A stretch of DNA of 64,000 nt from Paragordius varius (lineage: Eukaryota; Animalia; Nematomorpha): positions 2,666,001-2,730,000 of the forward strand of contig OZ176056.1 in NCBI GenBank assembly GCA_964247055.1. The letters run 5' to 3'. This document shows, in pieces, positions 61,801 to 64,000 of this stretch. The notes under the pieces are model-generated. The model did no database searches and had not been told where the DNA came from. It was given only the letters and a program-made list of their open reading frames with translations. The stretch's first letter is position 1; every line of letters begins with the position of its first letter. The position numbers and the translations under genes are program-made.

Positions 61801-62527
61801 TGTCAAGCTTTTGTTCTTTAATCGCATTTATTATCATCCAAGCTTTTCCAACAAGAGTTCCGACATTCCATGTGCCAAATTTAAAGTTGTTATTTTTAAT
61901 ATTAAATGATTTTTTCTCAGGTAATATTTCACTTTTCCGTAGATGTATTATAAATATAATTATTATTATTATGCAGTATAAAAATAAATAAATAAAATGA
62001 AGTTTCAAAGACGCTTTTATAAGTAGTATTTATTCATTATTATTTCGCTGTTGAACATGGTAAAAGTAATGAGGCTTGATTTTTATAGACTATATGCCCT
62101 TATAGCCAACCTCTTAACTCAGAGGAGAGAGTACCTTATTCGCTGTACCAGGCTAGAGAGTGTCTAAAAAAACTTCGAATCTCTCAATCCGTTTGTAGAT
62201 TTAAGTCTACGGCCGAGGGAGGTGCCTTTCTGGGCTTTGGAAGCTCCCACTCCATCTTTCGTTTTAAGTACTTATATTATCGTTATTATCATCTGGCTGC
62301 TGGTTATAGCGCCCAGATAAACCCGCTTTAAAACCATGTGTGTGAATACAGGCATTGTGGTATTTTGTAAGAAAATGAGACAGCCAATCTCAATTCCGCC
62401 ACGCCCCACACACTAGTTTTCCTCCTTGTGGATTGATGTTCATTGACTGTTCTTTACAAACAGTGCCGCTCCCGTTAGCGTTACCCGGGATGCCCCGCGA
62501 GGAGGTGGGAGTCGGTCTTTGCATCCC
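58897..62527 (-). mobile_element. Full-length RTE-clade non-LTR retrotransposon (APE-RT, internal PHD-like finger), recently disabled
   Basis: APE motifs GTWNV, LQETR, SIYTP, GGDFNG and SQIDF; RT motifs QFGF, FIDLSRAFD, GLHQGSILSP, YADD and YNYLG. One 1-nt frameshift at ~61460 and one in-frame TAA at 59738-59736. (ATTG)n tail; TSD TGATGTTAAATATTAT at 58881-58896 and 62528-62543. Confidence 0.97.
62466..62527 (-). ncRNA. HDV-like self-cleaving ribozyme at the RTE 5' end
   Basis: Minus strand: GGGAUGC(P1) AAAGA CCG-A-CUCCC(P2) ACC(P3) UCCUCGC(L3) GGG GCAUCCC(P1') GG(P1.1) GUAAC GCUAA(J4/2, catalytic C) C GGGAG-CGG(P2'). The core closely matches antigenomic HDV (CUCCACCUCCUCGCGG...GGCUAAGGGAG); G1 is the first base after the TSD. 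Confidence 0.88.
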
Positions 62528-64000
62528 TGATGTTAAATATTATATATTTTTATTGATTTTTAGGTAAGGTTATCCTCATTAAATAATTCTTGTGTCCGTT
62601 ATTATAAAAGCTATTTCTTCGGTAAATTAAAAAAAATGGATAAAAAAACCGAAATTAGAAACTTTTGATTCAGAAAGACGAAATGGCATGTTCTTTAGAA
62701 CCGAAACCGTTTACAGTAACAGGTTTATTTAAAATATAACCGGAAGAGATATAAATGATTTCAAACCGTAACCTATTTCATTTCCCAACATTTTTGTTCA
62801 AACCCACCAAATTGTAAATAAAAATTCTTGCGTCCTCCTCAAAAAAATCCAAGATAAAAATGAAAAATTTATAATGATATTATAAAAATCCCAATCAATA
62901 AGATCCTTATATCTGCAATTTTCGAAATGCCATTTCCATATCGATGTCTTGATACAGACCTGAAATCCATCAATATGTTTCTAGCTTTTATTAGTTAAAT
63001 TCTCCAAAATTTTCCCCACCTTTTAGATTTTTCTACACCCCCCTTTTGGGTACCACTGGCCTACATTATTTTTTGGTATTCTCTAATCAAGACTGCGAAA
63101 AATAATTATATAGCATTCGATAGCTGAACTTGTTGTTTTTGCAATCTAGGCATAAAATTATCTTGCTTAAATTTTTAACCCTGTTTTTCTTACCAAAAGC
63201 CTCCGTCTTCTTGCATGTTTCATTTTCACCGAAAGAGTGATAATTCCTTATTATAAATGCATATTTTTTTGGGCTCTGATAAATTTGGGAATGATAAAAT
63301 TAACCGTATAGCAATACCAATTTTCTTGCAGATGAATAGGTCTGGAAATCTTAAATGATATTCACACATGTCAATTATATGGGATAGCTAATCTGTGGCA
63401 CAAATTAAATATATTTATTCCATAAACAGCTGCAAAGCTTAGTTAAGTATATGACTCTTTTAGTAATATCAATATACATATATTTTTCTTAGATATTAAA
63501 ATTTCAGGAGAAAATGCAATCTTCTCGTAAAAAAATAAAAATTTCGGATGGACGTGGAATGTGAATGTGGTTAAAATAAAAAATACTTAAAATAATATTA
63601 CTATAGCTCTCTTTACATAAGTCGCAATAACTGGTATTACTTTGTTAAATGGCTCGGCTAAATTTTTTAATTGAAATACCCAAACAATATTTTTTTAAAT
63701 TAATATATGGTTTATAATATATTACCGCATTTTTCGATTTGAACAACCTTTACAACATTCAACCAAAAGCATTAATAATATAAATTTTACCTTACATAAA
63801 AATGTGGACACCATTCGCATTGGTATGATGGCTTAGGATTTTTTTCAATTAGTTTCAGAATGCCAAGTTCTGAGAGGGGCTTTTACTTATTCAACCTTCT
63901 GTACCTTTTCTCTTTTTGAAATAACAACCCAAAAAGTGATCATAAAACTAATAGTATTTGAAAAATTTGGACCAAAAAATTAATATGTATCATTAGTCAG

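Overview
Very AT-rich animal (invertebrate) genomic DNA with spliceosomal introns; the taxon cannot be fixed from the sequence alone. Genes reconstructed by hand: pyruvate kinase (+, 2783-13271), a divergent synaptotagmin-like TM/tandem-C2 gene (-, ~25361-30382), OCIAD1/asrij (+), a disabled secreted LRR gene (+), a head-to-head HIGD (-)/HINT (+) pair, an intronless orphan ORF (-), MRPL53 (+) with an intact intronless DPAGT1 nested on the same strand inside its first intron, ZNF593/Bud20 (-), and a head-to-head EXOSC2/RRP4 (-)/MPP6 (+) pair 61 bp apart. Mobile DNA: a full-length RTE LINE (58897-62527, 16-17 bp TSD) whose 5' end is exactly G1 of a compact HDV-like ribozyme, a 5'-inverted LINE with a 10 bp TSD, mariner and hAT relics, several TA-TSD and 8-bp-TSD MITEs, and a foldback repeat family. 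Best candidate for an undescribed system: the MRPL53/DPAGT1 locus. There the splice donor CG|GTAATG is at once the MRPL53 donor, the stop of the retained exon-1 ORF and the DPAGT1 start (TAATG stop-start overlap), and an AATAAA next to the MRPL53 acceptor suggests a splicing-versus-intronic-polyadenylation switch between two housekeeping genes. The window also shows many 21-35 nt introns and repeated tandem duplication of exon 3' ends with their donors. Gene models and family names come from manual translation and recalled motifs, not database searches.
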